A stretch of DNA of 64,000 nt from an uncultured delta proteobacterium (GTDB lineage: Bacteria; Myxococcota_A; Polyangia; Polyangiales; Houyiibacteriaceae), in NCBI GenBank assembly GCA_963699755.1, contig CAVOVB010000001.1, positions 1,344,001 through 1,408,000 of the forward strand, read 5' to 3'. How positions within the stretch are numbered: position 1 is the stretch's first letter; every line of letters starts with the position of its first letter. Under the pieces are notes generated by a model. It was not told where the DNA came from. It searched no databases and saw nothing but the letters and a program-made list of their open reading frames with translations. Below, piece by piece: positions 55,063 to 64,000 of the stretch. Made by a program: the position numbers and the translations under genes.

Positions 55063-56268
55063 TCAGGACCGAAGGAGCCCGCGCCAGGTCGGCTTGCCGT
55101 CCGCAGGTGCGTCGAGGGGGGGTGTCTGCATGGTGCCGAGGGCGCATGCGTACGCGCTGAGCCTCCCGCTCTCATGGAGGCGGGAGCGGAGCTCCGTGAT
55201 CGATGTGGGGTCTGCCCCGACGCACTTCAGACTCGATCCGATCGATTCCATCGCCTGGATGGCCTGGTCGAGCCCCTGAATCGGGACGATCGTCACATTG
55301 CGATAGCCGGGGCTCCAACGTATCTCCTGGGCTGGGCGGATGCCAAGAGCGTAGCTGGTGCCCTGAATCAGCGTTCCTTCGACCTCGGCCATTCCGCGCC
55401 ACTGTGCTTGCTCGGCGCCAACCGATGAGGGCAGTGGGCCCCTTGGGAGCGTGTCGCTCATCGGGTCGAGGCCCTCATCCGCCAGACGCCGGGCAAAGCC
55501 CTGGGCAGTGAGAGCGGGGGTTTGCTCGACATAGACCAGCTGCGGGGAGAGGCATCCGCGCTGGTCGTAGGCGCAAATGTCGAGAGAAAGCTGGGCGATG
55601 GTGTCACTCAGCCGCGCCTCGCCGAGCGCTTCTGCGCCACAGTACGCCGCGCTCACGCCGTGTCCGTGAGCAATGAGCCGGGCCTTGCCAACCCGGGCCG
55701 CGACCGCGGCGATCGTTTCGTCGCTTCCATAGACCGAAACGGCCTCGGCGCGCTCGACGAGGGCAGTCTCGCATTCGAGGTCACCTCCCGGGAACGTCAC
55801 CAGGTCGACTGCAGCCCCGAGGCGGGCGTCGGCGTCGCGTAGGGCGTCTCGGAGCATTGCGGGGAAGACGGTCTCCCTCGAAGAGGCTTTGACCAGGACG
55901 GGAACGCCCAAGAGTAGCGGGACGACGATGCCGCGCACCGAGGCAGTGAACACATTCCCCGCGAGCAGCAGCGAGAGCATCGAAATCGGAGCTTGCGGGC
56001 ATTCGAGACTTGCTCCGCGGGCCAGGGCGAGCAAGGCGTCCTCCGTCATCGTGTCGAGCGTCGTGCCGATTGCCCAGTCCACCATTGAAGTGCTGAGGCC
56101 CGTTGCTTGCGATAGCTCGGAGCGGCGTAGTCGCCCCCGTTGCGTCAGGGTCTTGGCCGCTCTGGCAAGCCAGAGTGCACGCTCTGCGCTGCCCACGGCG
56201 CGAATGGCGTCACGTGCATCCAGCACGGCGCTGGCTCGAGCTCGAATCGCCGAGGCGTCGTCGATCAC
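55063..56268 (-). CDS. Acyl-CoA reductase, LuxC-like
   Basis: LAGNV, VK.SS, YGSDETI, HG..S, catalytic YDQRGCLSPQ; GTGA overlap with upstream gene. Confidence 0.85.
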   Translation of the reverse strand: MIDDASAIRARASAVLDARDAIRAVGSAERALWLARAAKTLTQRGRLRRSELSQATGLSTSMVDWAIGTTLDTMTEDALLALARGASLECPQAPISMLSLLLAGNVFTASVRGIVVPLLLGVPVLVKASSRETVFPAMLRDALRDADARLGAAVDLVTFPGGDLECETALVERAEAVSVYGSDETIAAVAARVGKARLIAHGHGVSAAYCGAEALGEARLSDTIAQLSLDICAYDQRGCLSPQLVYVEQTPALTAQGFARRLADEGLDPMSDTLPRGPLPSSVGAEQAQWRGMAEVEGTLIQGTSYALGIRPAQEIRWSPGYRNVTIVPIQGLDQAIQAMESIGSSLKCVGADPTSITELRSRLHESGRLSAYACALGTMQTPPLDAPADGKPTWRGLLRS

Positions 56269-57329
56269 CGTGCCCCCAGGGCCTGGTCTGCGGCAAGCGA
56301 GCAGCCGCGTGGCGTCGCGCCAGCGGCCCGCCCGAGCACGACGATCCCGTCGTCGGCACGTCGCGCCAGGTCGGCGGTTTGAATGCAGCATACCGAATCC
56401 AGATTCGCCGTGTCGTCGATTCGCAGGATTCCCACCGCGTTTCCTTCGACGGGTTGGAGAGTGTCGGGCTCCACCGGCGTTGCGCGCACCCAGGGCGGCA
56501 CCCAGAGCCTGCGAGGCCGAGCGGAACCCTCGATGACCTCCCGCAACGTCGTCTCGTACATCTGCGAGCTGAGCTCGGTCGCCCCGAACTCGTTGATGAT
56601 GAAGGGGGCAGCGATGCCGTAGCGATCTCCGAGCGCCCGAAGCAGTAGGTCGGAATCCACTTCGCGGGAACGCCCCTTGTAGCCACCGGTCTGCATGATT
56701 CGGCTCCCCGGTGCGAGCGCGAAGCGCTGATCGCCGAGCCCGTCCTCGGCATGTACGAACGCGAACGAAGTGCCGAGCAAGGCGATCGCCTCCCCTGACG
56801 CCTCTGCGCTCCGGAGCACCTCGGTGAGGCGCTCGAGGTCGAGCGCGCCGTGACGCCAGGCCCAGGTACAATCGGTCCCGAACCATTCGGCAAATCGCGC
56901 CAACATGTATTCGAGAGAGGAGTCGGGGGATTCGTCTTCTCTTGGAGCCAGCATCACGAGCGGTAGTCTATCGACATCTGGAAAAAGCATTCGGCGCGCT
57001 GCGGCGCGGGCTGCAAGGTCGTACAGACTCAGGTCGGCGTAGACGTGCACGCTGCGCTCGGATGAGGTCGTGCCTGAGCTCCGAAACAGGCGGACATCGT
57101 CTTCCTCAGGGTGCGCCGCGATTCGTCGAAACCGAAAGACGTCGGTTGGGAGGGCGGGCGGCCAGGCTCCGTGACGCTGCAATCGGCCGTATGCTGGGAT
57201 GCGACTCGCTTGCCATGCTCCGAGGTCTTCGATCAGCGCGTCCCGAAGTGCCGGATCGACGTGCTCGCCAGCCTCGAACGCTGTGATCAGCGCTTCGATT
57301 CGGCTCTTGAGGATGGTTCGTTGGGTCAC
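56265..57329 (-). CDS. Acyl-protein synthetase, LuxE-like
   Basis: FRSSGTT, TGGYKGR, EFGATELSSQ.Y, D.ANLDS, T.DL, GR...PRGCS (acylated Cys). Confidence 0.88.
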   Translation of the reverse strand: MTQRTILKSRIEALITAFEAGEHVDPALRDALIEDLGAWQASRIPAYGRLQRHGAWPPALPTDVFRFRRIAAHPEEDDVRLFRSSGTTSSERSVHVYADLSLYDLAARAAARRMLFPDVDRLPLVMLAPREDESPDSSLEYMLARFAEWFGTDCTWAWRHGALDLERLTEVLRSAEASGEAIALLGTSFAFVHAEDGLGDQRFALAPGSRIMQTGGYKGRSREVDSDLLLRALGDRYGIAAPFIINEFGATELSSQMYETTLREVIEGSARPRRLWVPPWVRATPVEPDTLQPVEGNAVGILRIDDTANLDSVCCIQTADLARRADDGIVVLGRAAGATPRGCSLAADQALGAR

Positions 57330-58639
57330 GGGCCCCCGAGCGCGTCTCGCAGCGACGCGATGAAGCCCTCGACTTGCGGGTCGGTCACCGTGACCGGCGG
57401 CGCCAGCTGAATCACGTCGGCTTCCGCGCCCGCAGGTAGCACGAGATAGCCGAGTTCGAGGAGCGCGCGGCTGACGTTCAAGGCCTGCATGCTCGTTCGC
57501 AGTTGCAGTCCGAGCATCAGCCCCGCCTGACGTACTTCAGTCACGGAGGGGAGCTGCGCTTCGCGCAGCAGGGCAGCGAGCGCCCCGCCCCGAGCGGCGG
57601 CCCGCCGGGCGAGCTGGTCGCGTTCGATCAGCGCGATGGTGGCAAGCGCCGCTGAGGAACCCAGAGGATCGCCGAAAAACGTGCCCGTGTGAATCGCCTC
57701 GCGGTCCGGATGACCCCATGCCCGCATCACGTCTTCGCTCCCGATGCACGCGCTGACCGGCAGACCGCCACCAAGGGCCTTGCCCGCGCAGATCAGATCC
57801 GGGGTGACGCCTTCGTCGACCGATCGCCACCATGCACCGCAGCGGCCAAGCCCGGTGAAGATCTCATCGACGATCAGCAGCGCATCGTTTTGCTTGCACG
57901 CCCGGCCGAGCGCTTCGAGAAAGCCCGGCGGGGGCAAGCGAACACCCGCGCGTCCCTGAATGGGCTCGACGATCACCGCGCCGATGCTGCCCCAGTCGTC
58001 GGGCAGCGTTCCCAGAGCCGCGTCGACTCCGAGATTGTAAGCGGGCCAAGGTGCGAAGTGTATGTCGCGCTGCAGTTGTGCCAAAAAGGGTTCGCGGAAG
58101 CGCTTGGCAAACCCGGAGACCGCCAACGGACCGTGGCTTAGTCCGTGGTAGCTACCCTCGAATGCGACGACTCCGGTCTTGCCCGTCGCCATGACCGCGG
58201 TCTTGAGCGCCGCTGTGACAGCATCGGCGCCGCTGAGCGAAAGCATGGCCCTTGCTTGCGGCCATGGCGCCAGCGAACAGAGTCGTTCGAGAAGCTCGAT
58301 CTTCACGTCCGAGGGGTGTAGGTCGCCGAGCGCGTGCAAGAGTCGATCTGCTTGCCGCTTCACGGCGTCGACGACCTCTGGATGACGATGCCCGACGAAC
58401 GCCACGCCGAATCCCGATGTGAGGTCGACGTATCGGTTGCCATCGGCATCGATCACGTTCGCGCCCTGGGCCTCGACCCAGACGATCGGATCGTGACTCG
58501 CTCCCGTCAGTTCTTCGCGGCGTTTGCGTCGAGTGGTGAGCGCGGGGCACTCACTTGCCGCGAGGCGCTCTACCCAGGTTTGACCCGCCGCCGCCGGGAT
58601 CGGGCGTCGAATACGTGGAAGGGCTTCACCAGGCTTCAC
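57326..58639 (-). CDS. Class III PLP-dependent aminotransferase
   Basis: D.DGNRYVD, GH.HP, SGADA, SYHG, VEPIQG, DEIFTG.GR, AGKALGGG, TGTF.G.P. Confidence 0.92.
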   Translation of the reverse strand: MKPGEALPRIRRPIPAAAGQTWVERLAASECPALTTRRKRREELTGASHDPIVWVEAQGANVIDADGNRYVDLTSGFGVAFVGHRHPEVVDAVKRQADRLLHALGDLHPSDVKIELLERLCSLAPWPQARAMLSLSGADAVTAALKTAVMATGKTGVVAFEGSYHGLSHGPLAVSGFAKRFREPFLAQLQRDIHFAPWPAYNLGVDAALGTLPDDWGSIGAVIVEPIQGRAGVRLPPPGFLEALGRACKQNDALLIVDEIFTGLGRCGAWWRSVDEGVTPDLICAGKALGGGLPVSACIGSEDVMRAWGHPDREAIHTGTFFGDPLGSSAALATIALIERDQLARRAAARGGALAALLREAQLPSVTEVRQAGLMLGLQLRTSMQALNVSRALLELGYLVLPAGAEADVIQLAPPVTVTDPQVEGFIASLRDALGGP

Positions 58640-58655
58640 GCTGGTGTCTTAGCAC

Positions 58656-60107
58656 CTATTGGGCAAAGGGTTTCGGCTTCCACGGATAGAAGACGAAACC
58701 GTTTTCACGGGCTTTGCGAAGCATGTCATGCCCGTCGATGAGTAGAACGTCGACTTCCATGTCGTGACGGCGGCTGGCGTCGATGAGCTCTTTGATGATC
58801 GCGGTCACGTTGTCCCGAAAGTTGTCGGCGATCCGCAAGCCGACCGCCGGAGTCGGGTCTCCGCCTTTCCGCGCAACCTCGCAATAGGAGGCCCACTCGA
58901 TCTCGAAAAAGGCCCTCAGGACCTCGGCCATAGTCTTGAGCCAGTCCTCGTTCGGCGCCTCCTGCAGCTCTACCAGCTGGATTCCGTCTCCGATCGAGGG
59001 CCCTACGATTCGCTGCGGCTGCACCGTCCGCGGCTTCGCGTCGGGCTGCGTGAGCTCCTCCTCCTTGGGAGGGGCCGACGCCTTGGCTTTGGGGCTCACC
59101 GGCGGCGGTGGCCCGATGTGCGGGACCGCGGGCAGCCTCAGCTTCTGGGGATTAAATGAAGGCAGGGCCTGAGCGGCTGGTGCGGTCGGTGCATCGGAGT
59201 TGAGCCTTGGTGCATTGGAGCTCAAGGAACGATCTGATTCGGCGTCGCCTTGGTCCTTGGACGTGACGACCATCGACGGAGTGATCGGCATGGACGGCTG
59301 TCCGGCCGTTGGAAAGACGCTGGCCGCGCCATACGTACCGCCGTCACCCAGCTCGGCCTCGTCCGCCTGCACCTCCTCGATCTTCATGTTGGGGGGCTCA
59401 CTCTTGGGCTTGCGTGCAGGGCGCGAGCTCTTGCGCGGTGTCGACGCAGCCTGATCCTTCTTCGGCGCAGCCTCGCTTTGCTTGACGGCGGCCCGCGGCT
59501 GGGTCGGCGGCTCGCTATCATAGGGCATCGCGTACGGCTGCGTCGGCAGCTCGATCAGCGCCGTGATCTTTTCGGCTTCGCTTGGCCCCATGCTGTACAT
59601 GGTCGAGATCCGCTCGACTGGTGGTGGGAATGAGCTTTGCGCCGCCGTCTTCTCAGGCGCTGGCGGGGGTGGTGGTCGCGACGTCCGGAAGGGACCCGTG
59701 CTGTCCATCTCGCGAAGGATCGTCTTGAGCTCGCCGCGCTCGTATTCGAGCGAATGAGCCATGCCGATGTCGATCACGACGAAGGCATACTCACGTGTCC
59801 ACGCATGCCGCAGGATGTCTCCACCGATCGCGCGATGGGTCGCGATCGTTCCGTCGGCTTCCAGCCAGCCGAATTGCTCGGCCGTGGCCTTGAGCACCCT
59901 TTCCGAGCTGAATACCGCGAGAGCTTCTTCACCATTCGTATTGATCAGCGTGCGGAAGCCTTCCGCGCGTGGTTCCCAGGTCGCCAGCCAGACCGGTCGC
60001 AGCGAGAGCGCCTCGAGCGCCTCGGACTTCGGCCTCGCGCCTTTGGCGCCTTCGCGGAGCAGATCGCGAAATGCGTCGCTGCCCCGTTCATCTGCTGGGC
60101 TCTCCAT
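58656..60107 (-). CDS. SseB-like protein with long Pro/Ser/Ala-rich linker
   Basis: N-terminal G..AL.VFSS SseB-like domain; central low-complexity region; C-terminal globular domain. Confidence 0.6.
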   Translation of the reverse strand: MESPADERGSDAFRDLLREGAKGARPKSEALEALSLRPVWLATWEPRAEGFRTLINTNGEEALAVFSSERVLKATAEQFGWLEADGTIATHRAIGGDILRHAWTREYAFVVIDIGMAHSLEYERGELKTILREMDSTGPFRTSRPPPPPAPEKTAAQSSFPPPVERISTMYSMGPSEAEKITALIELPTQPYAMPYDSEPPTQPRAAVKQSEAAPKKDQAASTPRKSSRPARKPKSEPPNMKIEEVQADEAELGDGGTYGAASVFPTAGQPSMPITPSMVVTSKDQGDAESDRSLSSNAPRLNSDAPTAPAAQALPSFNPQKLRLPAVPHIGPPPPVSPKAKASAPPKEEELTQPDAKPRTVQPQRIVGPSIGDGIQLVELQEAPNEDWLKTMAEVLRAFFEIEWASYCEVARKGGDPTPAVGLRIADNFRDNVTAIIKELIDASRRHDMEVDVLLIDGHDMLRKARENGFVFYPWKPKPFAQ

Positions 60108-60175
60108 CCCGATCACACCATCCGATTCACATTGTAATCGTGAACCCGGACCGGATCGCAAGTTTTCTCAGACCC

Positions 60176-60203
60176 TTGACAGCTCCCTATCCACAGCTAG
60201 GCT
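60176..60203 (+). promoter_or_regulatory. Putative promoter of tRNA-Phe
   Basis: TTGACA-N16-TAGGCT followed by a GC-rich discriminator. Confidence 0.65.
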
Positions 60204-60220
60204 CCGCGCCTCAATTCCGG

Positions 60221-60293
60221 GCCCAGATAGCTCAGTTGGTAGAGCAGTGGACTGAAAATCCTCGTGTCCCTGGTTCGATTCCAGGTCTGGGCA
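60221..60293 (+). tRNA. tRNA-Phe(GAA)
   Basis: GCCCAGA/TCTGGGC acceptor stem, TAGCTCAGTTGGTAGAGC D-arm, CTGAAAA anticodon loop, GGTTCGATTCC. Confidence 0.95.
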
Positions 60294-60294
60294 C

Positions 60295-61986
60295 CTAGGC
60301 CGGCCGGCGCCGCCGCCTCATCAGGAGGGCGAACAAGGCCAGGCTGGGCCAGGTTGCCGCGTGGGAACGAGGCGACACCACCCCACATCCACACCCACTC
60401 GGCGAGGGGACCGTCGCGTTGTGTTTGGCCAGCGATTGGTCGATCGCGGCGGAGTTGTCTTGCACCACCGAACCGGGCCCGCTGGTCGTCAGCGAGAGGA
60501 CCAGCGCGTTGGCCGGCGGTGTGTCTTCTTCGCCGACGAGGAAGGGCCAGGGGGCGCCTGGGTTCAGACGAACGACGCGGCCATCCTCGAGCTCGAAGCG
60601 CGAAGGGGCCTCCCATCGGTAGAGGCTTCGATGACATTCGATCACGCGGCGGGCCGTGTGGATGTTGGACACCTCGGGGAGGTCGGGGTTGAAATCGAAC
60701 AGCGGGTCCAGGTCCATCTCGGGCGCTGACAGGGTCGTGTAGAAGCGGGTCACGTACGGTCGCGAAAGGATGAGCTCCTGCGTGCTGATCATCGGCTCGA
60801 CGACTTCCTCGCCGAGCGCGTCGATGAACGCCTGCTTGTCCAGGGCTTCGAAGGCCTCGGAATTGCAGCTGGGGCATCCCAAGAACGCATCCGCATCGAC
60901 ACCTTCTGGAAGAACGCGTTCAATCAGCCCTCGGTACCCGTCCCAGCCGATGAATCGACGGCTGCTCTCGGCGAGTAGCTCCGACGCGGTGAGAGCACCG
61001 GCGCTCATGCGCAGCGCCTCCCAGTCCAATCTCTCGAATTCGAGAACGAGGATGCCCTCATAGTCCGAGCTCGGACCGGCGCGCTCCGAGACGAAACCCT
61101 GTCCGCCGGCCTCGTTCGCCGCAGCAATGGCGACCTGATTGTAGTTGCGGCCCCCAGTGAGCCAGTTGATGAGCGCCTGGTTCAGCTCGAGCGCTTTGTA
61201 GTTGACGGGCACGGCGCGGCTTTCGCCGAGCACCCAGACCATCACGCCCATGTCATCGTTGGCCGCTACTGCGGTCGGCCGAATCGGAATCATCGGTTGG
61301 TCGGATTCGTAAGTGATCCAAACCGGGCGAATCGTGCCCGTGTCATTTCCTTTCGTGAGCCGAAACGCGAGCAGATTCATCGCCTCCTGCAGGTACTCGC
61401 CGAGGAGCCGTGCGATGTCGTTTGGGTCTCCGCCGGGTGGCACCACGTCGTAGCCTTCGCCAGTCAGCCATTGGACCGCGACGTCACCGACGTGCTCGAA
61501 GCTCGATTCGGGCTCGATCACCACGTAGTCGTAGGGACCGACGGTCCCAGCGGCGAGCACGTTGACGCCGCCGTTGCCGCCTGAGCCGCTATCGTTGAAA
61601 TTGCCTCCCGGCGCCCCGCTCGACGCGGAATCGTCTCCGCGCTCTTGCTTGCAACGGCCTTCGACTTCCGTCGTGAAGCCATATTGCGGGTTGCTCGCTT
61701 GTTGGAGCCGGGCAAACGCGAGGTCCGACGAGACCTTCACCTCTGGAATTCCGGGCACCGGCAATACCCAGGCGAACTTCTCCGAGGGCCCCTCGTATTG
61801 GATCTGGACGACGGCCGTCACCGTTTGATCTTCGTTCTTCGAGAAGATGATGCGCTCGGCTGCCTGATTGACCGGCGCGGTGGCGGAGCAAAAAAGCCCG
61901 CCACAGGCCTGAGCGGGCATGGGCTGGGCGAGCAGGGTCAGCAGGAGGGCCGATCCGAAACCAGGGAGCAGGCGCAATCTAGACAT
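60295..61986 (-). CDS. DUF2330 domain surface protein with MYXO-CTERM-like sorting tail
   Basis: ACGGLFC, QAAERIIF, IQYEG..E.FAWVLPVP, PMIPIRPT; C-terminal GCGC...TM-RRRRR. Confidence 0.85.
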   Translation of the reverse strand: MSRLRLLPGFGSALLLTLLAQPMPAQACGGLFCSATAPVNQAAERIIFSKNEDQTVTAVVQIQYEGPSEKFAWVLPVPGIPEVKVSSDLAFARLQQASNPQYGFTTEVEGRCKQERGDDSASSGAPGGNFNDSGSGGNGGVNVLAAGTVGPYDYVVIEPESSFEHVGDVAVQWLTGEGYDVVPPGGDPNDIARLLGEYLQEAMNLLAFRLTKGNDTGTIRPVWITYESDQPMIPIRPTAVAANDDMGVMVWVLGESRAVPVNYKALELNQALINWLTGGRNYNQVAIAAANEAGGQGFVSERAGPSSDYEGILVLEFERLDWEALRMSAGALTASELLAESSRRFIGWDGYRGLIERVLPEGVDADAFLGCPSCNSEAFEALDKQAFIDALGEEVVEPMISTQELILSRPYVTRFYTTLSAPEMDLDPLFDFNPDLPEVSNIHTARRVIECHRSLYRWEAPSRFELEDGRVVRLNPGAPWPFLVGEEDTPPANALVLSLTTSGPGSVVQDNSAAIDQSLAKHNATVPSPSGCGCGVVSPRSHAATWPSLALFALLMRRRRRPA

Positions 61987-62072
61987 TTTAATCGTCCTTT
62001 TGGGGCGCTGGGCGCAGCTTGGCACAGGCGGAAGCCGATGTACCGAGGGAATCAGCAAGTGTCGTGCCAGCC

Positions 62073-62990
62073 CTAGCGGTCGAGGGTCGTAGCGGCGTTT
62101 GCCGGTGGCAGGTCTGCGCCGTTTCGAAGCCCCAAGTAGAGCGCCGCAAAGAGCAGAATCGCCAAGGGCGCGCCGAACAGGAGGCCGACGCCGCAGAACA
62201 TCGCTGAGCCCGCGACGATCAGAAGTGCAATTGAGCCCACGCCGATGATTGGCCAGCGCTTCCCACGCGCGATGCGCCAAGAATAGACGATGGCCTCGAT
62301 CGGTCCCGCGTCGTCGTTGAAGGCGAGCTCAGCTTGAATGAACGCGATGCCCGAGACGATGTAGACGTAGACCGGGAGGAGCACCAGGGTCGCAAACCCG
62401 AGGGGTCTGCCAGCGTCGTCGATGATTTCGCTCATCGGCGTTTCGAGATCGACCGGGCCTACAAAAACCAACCAAACGATCACGACAATCGGCAGAACGA
62501 TCAAGACCGCTCCAAGGGACACCGCAAGCGCCTGAACGATGTACTTCCCGATCTTGGATAGTTGACTAAACAAGGCCCCGACAGTCGCTCGCTTTCCGTG
62601 AAGACCTCGAACGGCCATCGCCCAAAGCCCGAGCGAGAAGACCCCCGAGAGCACCAACTGGATCAAGAACAGAACCACCTGCACGATGATGTCCACTGTT
62701 GCGAACGTCGCGCCCTGGTCCGCTCCCGACTGTTGGAAGGCGCTCACCAGCCCCCAGGCCAAGCTCAGCGCGAAGGGGATGCCCATCCCGAGCAGCCAGT
62801 ACAGAAGCATGGCGAGCACCCAGTTGCCGAGGTCCCTCGACCATGCCTCGGAAGCGCGAGAAAGTAGGTCGGCGAGATGGACCCGATCGCGGGTCAGCGT
62901 GAAACCGAGCTTTGCAGGGCGTGCTTCGATGGGTCCACGCTTGGCTGGAACAGGCTCTTGAGGGGCTTCCATCGGAGCGAGGATTAGCAT
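62073..62990 (-). CDS. Integral membrane protein
   Basis: About six TM segments; GPIEAI..SW...RG..W, CGVG.LF..P. Confidence 0.75.
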   Translation of the reverse strand: MLILAPMEAPQEPVPAKRGPIEARPAKLGFTLTRDRVHLADLLSRASEAWSRDLGNWVLAMLLYWLLGMGIPFALSLAWGLVSAFQQSGADQGATFATVDIIVQVVLFLIQLVLSGVFSLGLWAMAVRGLHGKRATVGALFSQLSKIGKYIVQALAVSLGAVLIVLPIVVIVWLVFVGPVDLETPMSEIIDDAGRPLGFATLVLLPVYVYIVSGIAFIQAELAFNDDAGPIEAIVYSWRIARGKRWPIIGVGSIALLIVAGSAMFCGVGLLFGAPLAILLFAALYLGLRNGADLPPANAATTLDR

Positions 62991-63080
62991 CCGCCGAATC
63001 GAACGGCGAAGAGAACGTCACAAACGCGTTCCGAGAGGAAGCTCTTCGACGAACGCTGATTCAATGATAGGTTTCGCGCC

Positions 63081-64000
63081 ATGTCTACACGATGCCTTCT
63101 TGCTTCAAGCTTGGTTTTTGCTTTGATCACGGCCGGATGCGGGAGTGAGAGCGCCTCAACGCTGGGCCCCGACGGCTCCGGGGGACAGGGCGGTTCGGCC
63201 GGTCTCGGTGGCTCCGCAGGCGCGGGCGGCTCCGGCTTCCAGCCTCCTGACTACGGCACTTGGGTCAAGTTCGAGCCCGAGGGCGCAACCTGCAGCGACG
63301 GCAGCCCCTACAAGTTCTGGGTCGAGTTCTCCGAAACCTCGGACAATGTCATCGTCTTCTTCGAAGGTGGCGGCGCATGCTGGGACTACGAGAGCTGTAG
63401 CGGCAAGGGAGGCATTCGCGGCGCGGCGAATCCAAATGGCCTTTCCGACAACCACGCCGACGCCCAGCGAGAGGTCGCCGGCATTCCAGTCGGCGCGAGC
63501 GTGATCTACCCACTCCTGAATCAAGATCCGAACGTGAGCCCAATGGCCGATTGGAACAAAGTCTTCGTCGCCTATTGCACGGGCGATGTGTACTCCGGCG
63601 ATCGCACGGTGACCTATGAGGATCCGGATGGCATCGAAGACGACCTCGAGTTCCACCACGTAGGTCACCGAAACGTCCTCGCGATGATCGAGATGCTCAA
63701 CGACATGTTCACGACGGTGCCCAAGCTCTTCGTGAGTGGTTGCAGTGCTGGCGGTGCGGGTGCGATCGTGAATTACTACTTCTTGCGGACGGGAATCGAA
63801 GGCGTGCAGAAGGGCTATCTCCTCGACGATTCGGGTCCGCTGTTCCCCGACCAGGCGCCGACCTCGCGCTCCCTCGCCCTGCACGACCGCGTTCGCTCGT
63901 CCTGGGATGCCGACAAGCTCATCGACACGGCGCCGCGCCCCGACGAGCTCAAGGCCGATTTCGGAAACATCAATACGATGCTGGCCGAGGAGTTCCCTAG
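63081..64000 (+). CDS. Pectinacetylesterase/Notum-family hydrolase lipoprotein, 3'-partial (not in ORF track)
   Basis: Manual translation MSTRCLLASSLVFALITAGC (lipobox), Gly/Ser linker, CSDGSPY, FFEGGGACW, YCTGD, GCSAGG; frame open to window end. Confidence 0.85.
   Translation, partial: MSTRCLLASSLVFALITAGCGSESASTLGPDGSGGQGGSAGLGGSAGAGGSGFQPPDYGTWVKFEPEGATCSDGSPYKFWVEFSETSDNVIVFFEGGGACWDYESCSGKGGIRGAANPNGLSDNHADAQREVAGIPVGASVIYPLLNQDPNVSPMADWNKVFVAYCTGDVYSGDRTVTYEDPDGIEDDLEFHHVGHRNVLAMIEMLNDMFTTVPKLFVSGCSAGGAGAIVNYYFLRTGIEGVQKGYLLDDSGPLFPDQAPTSRSLALHDRVRSSWDADKLIDTAPRPDELKADFGNINTMLAEEFP

Noticed and set aside
56269..56886. 607-aa version of the LuxC-like ORF, suggesting an N-terminal fusion
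   Set aside because: The extension is Arg-rich, lies out of frame inside the luxE-like gene, and the GTG at 56268 overlapping the luxE stop is the natural start
55063..57329. Bioluminescence operon
   Set aside because: No luxA, luxB, luxD or luxG in the window; LuxC/E homologues occur widely in non-luminous bacteria; ribA 3.4 kb away is in a separate unit
60187..60195. DnaA-box-like CTATCCACA
   Set aside because: Single imperfect copy inside a promoter spacer; no box cluster or AT-rich unwinding element
61987..62280. N-terminal extension of the DUF2330 ORF (661 aa)
   Set aside because: Overlaps the upstream membrane protein gene; the signal peptide begins at ATG 61986
63170..63240. GGC/TCC-rich quasi-repeats
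   Set aside because: They encode the Gly/Ser linker of a lipoprotein; not a DNA repeat or CRISPR array

Overview
GC-rich bacterial chromosome window. A MYXO-CTERM-type protein, a DUF2330 protein, a membrane Ser/Thr kinase module, a sterol desaturase and lineage-type ribosomal protein insertions point to Myxococcota, probably Polyangia (inference). The centre (24.1-41.7 kb) is the str-S10-spc-alpha ribosomal supercluster. It lacks rplC, map and rpsD and carries several diverged translation factors and proteins: EF-Tu switch I, IF-1, S12, S17, L6 and L17. The left arm has gluQ, a LuxR regulator, moaC, a flippase, a K+ channel, dnaK, a ccmF-ccmH fusion operon, ssb, tlyA, tRNA-Gln, an ABC exporter, pabB and a lipoprotein-kinase-TPR module. 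The right arm has a divergent Rieske oxygenase / C5-sterol desaturase pair, rpmE-DUF1385-prfA, a Cys-rich MerR-LON domain-ribA unit, a probably frameshifted gene, a coupled aminotransferase-LuxE-LuxC operon without luciferase, tRNA-Phe, DUF2330 and a pectinacetylesterase-like lipoprotein. The best candidates for undescribed biology are the aminotransferase-LuxE-LuxC operon (possible acid to aldehyde to amine pathway) and the sterol-modifying gene pair. I saw no mobile elements, CRISPR arrays or rRNA. All calls come from motif recognition by eye; no database searches were run.
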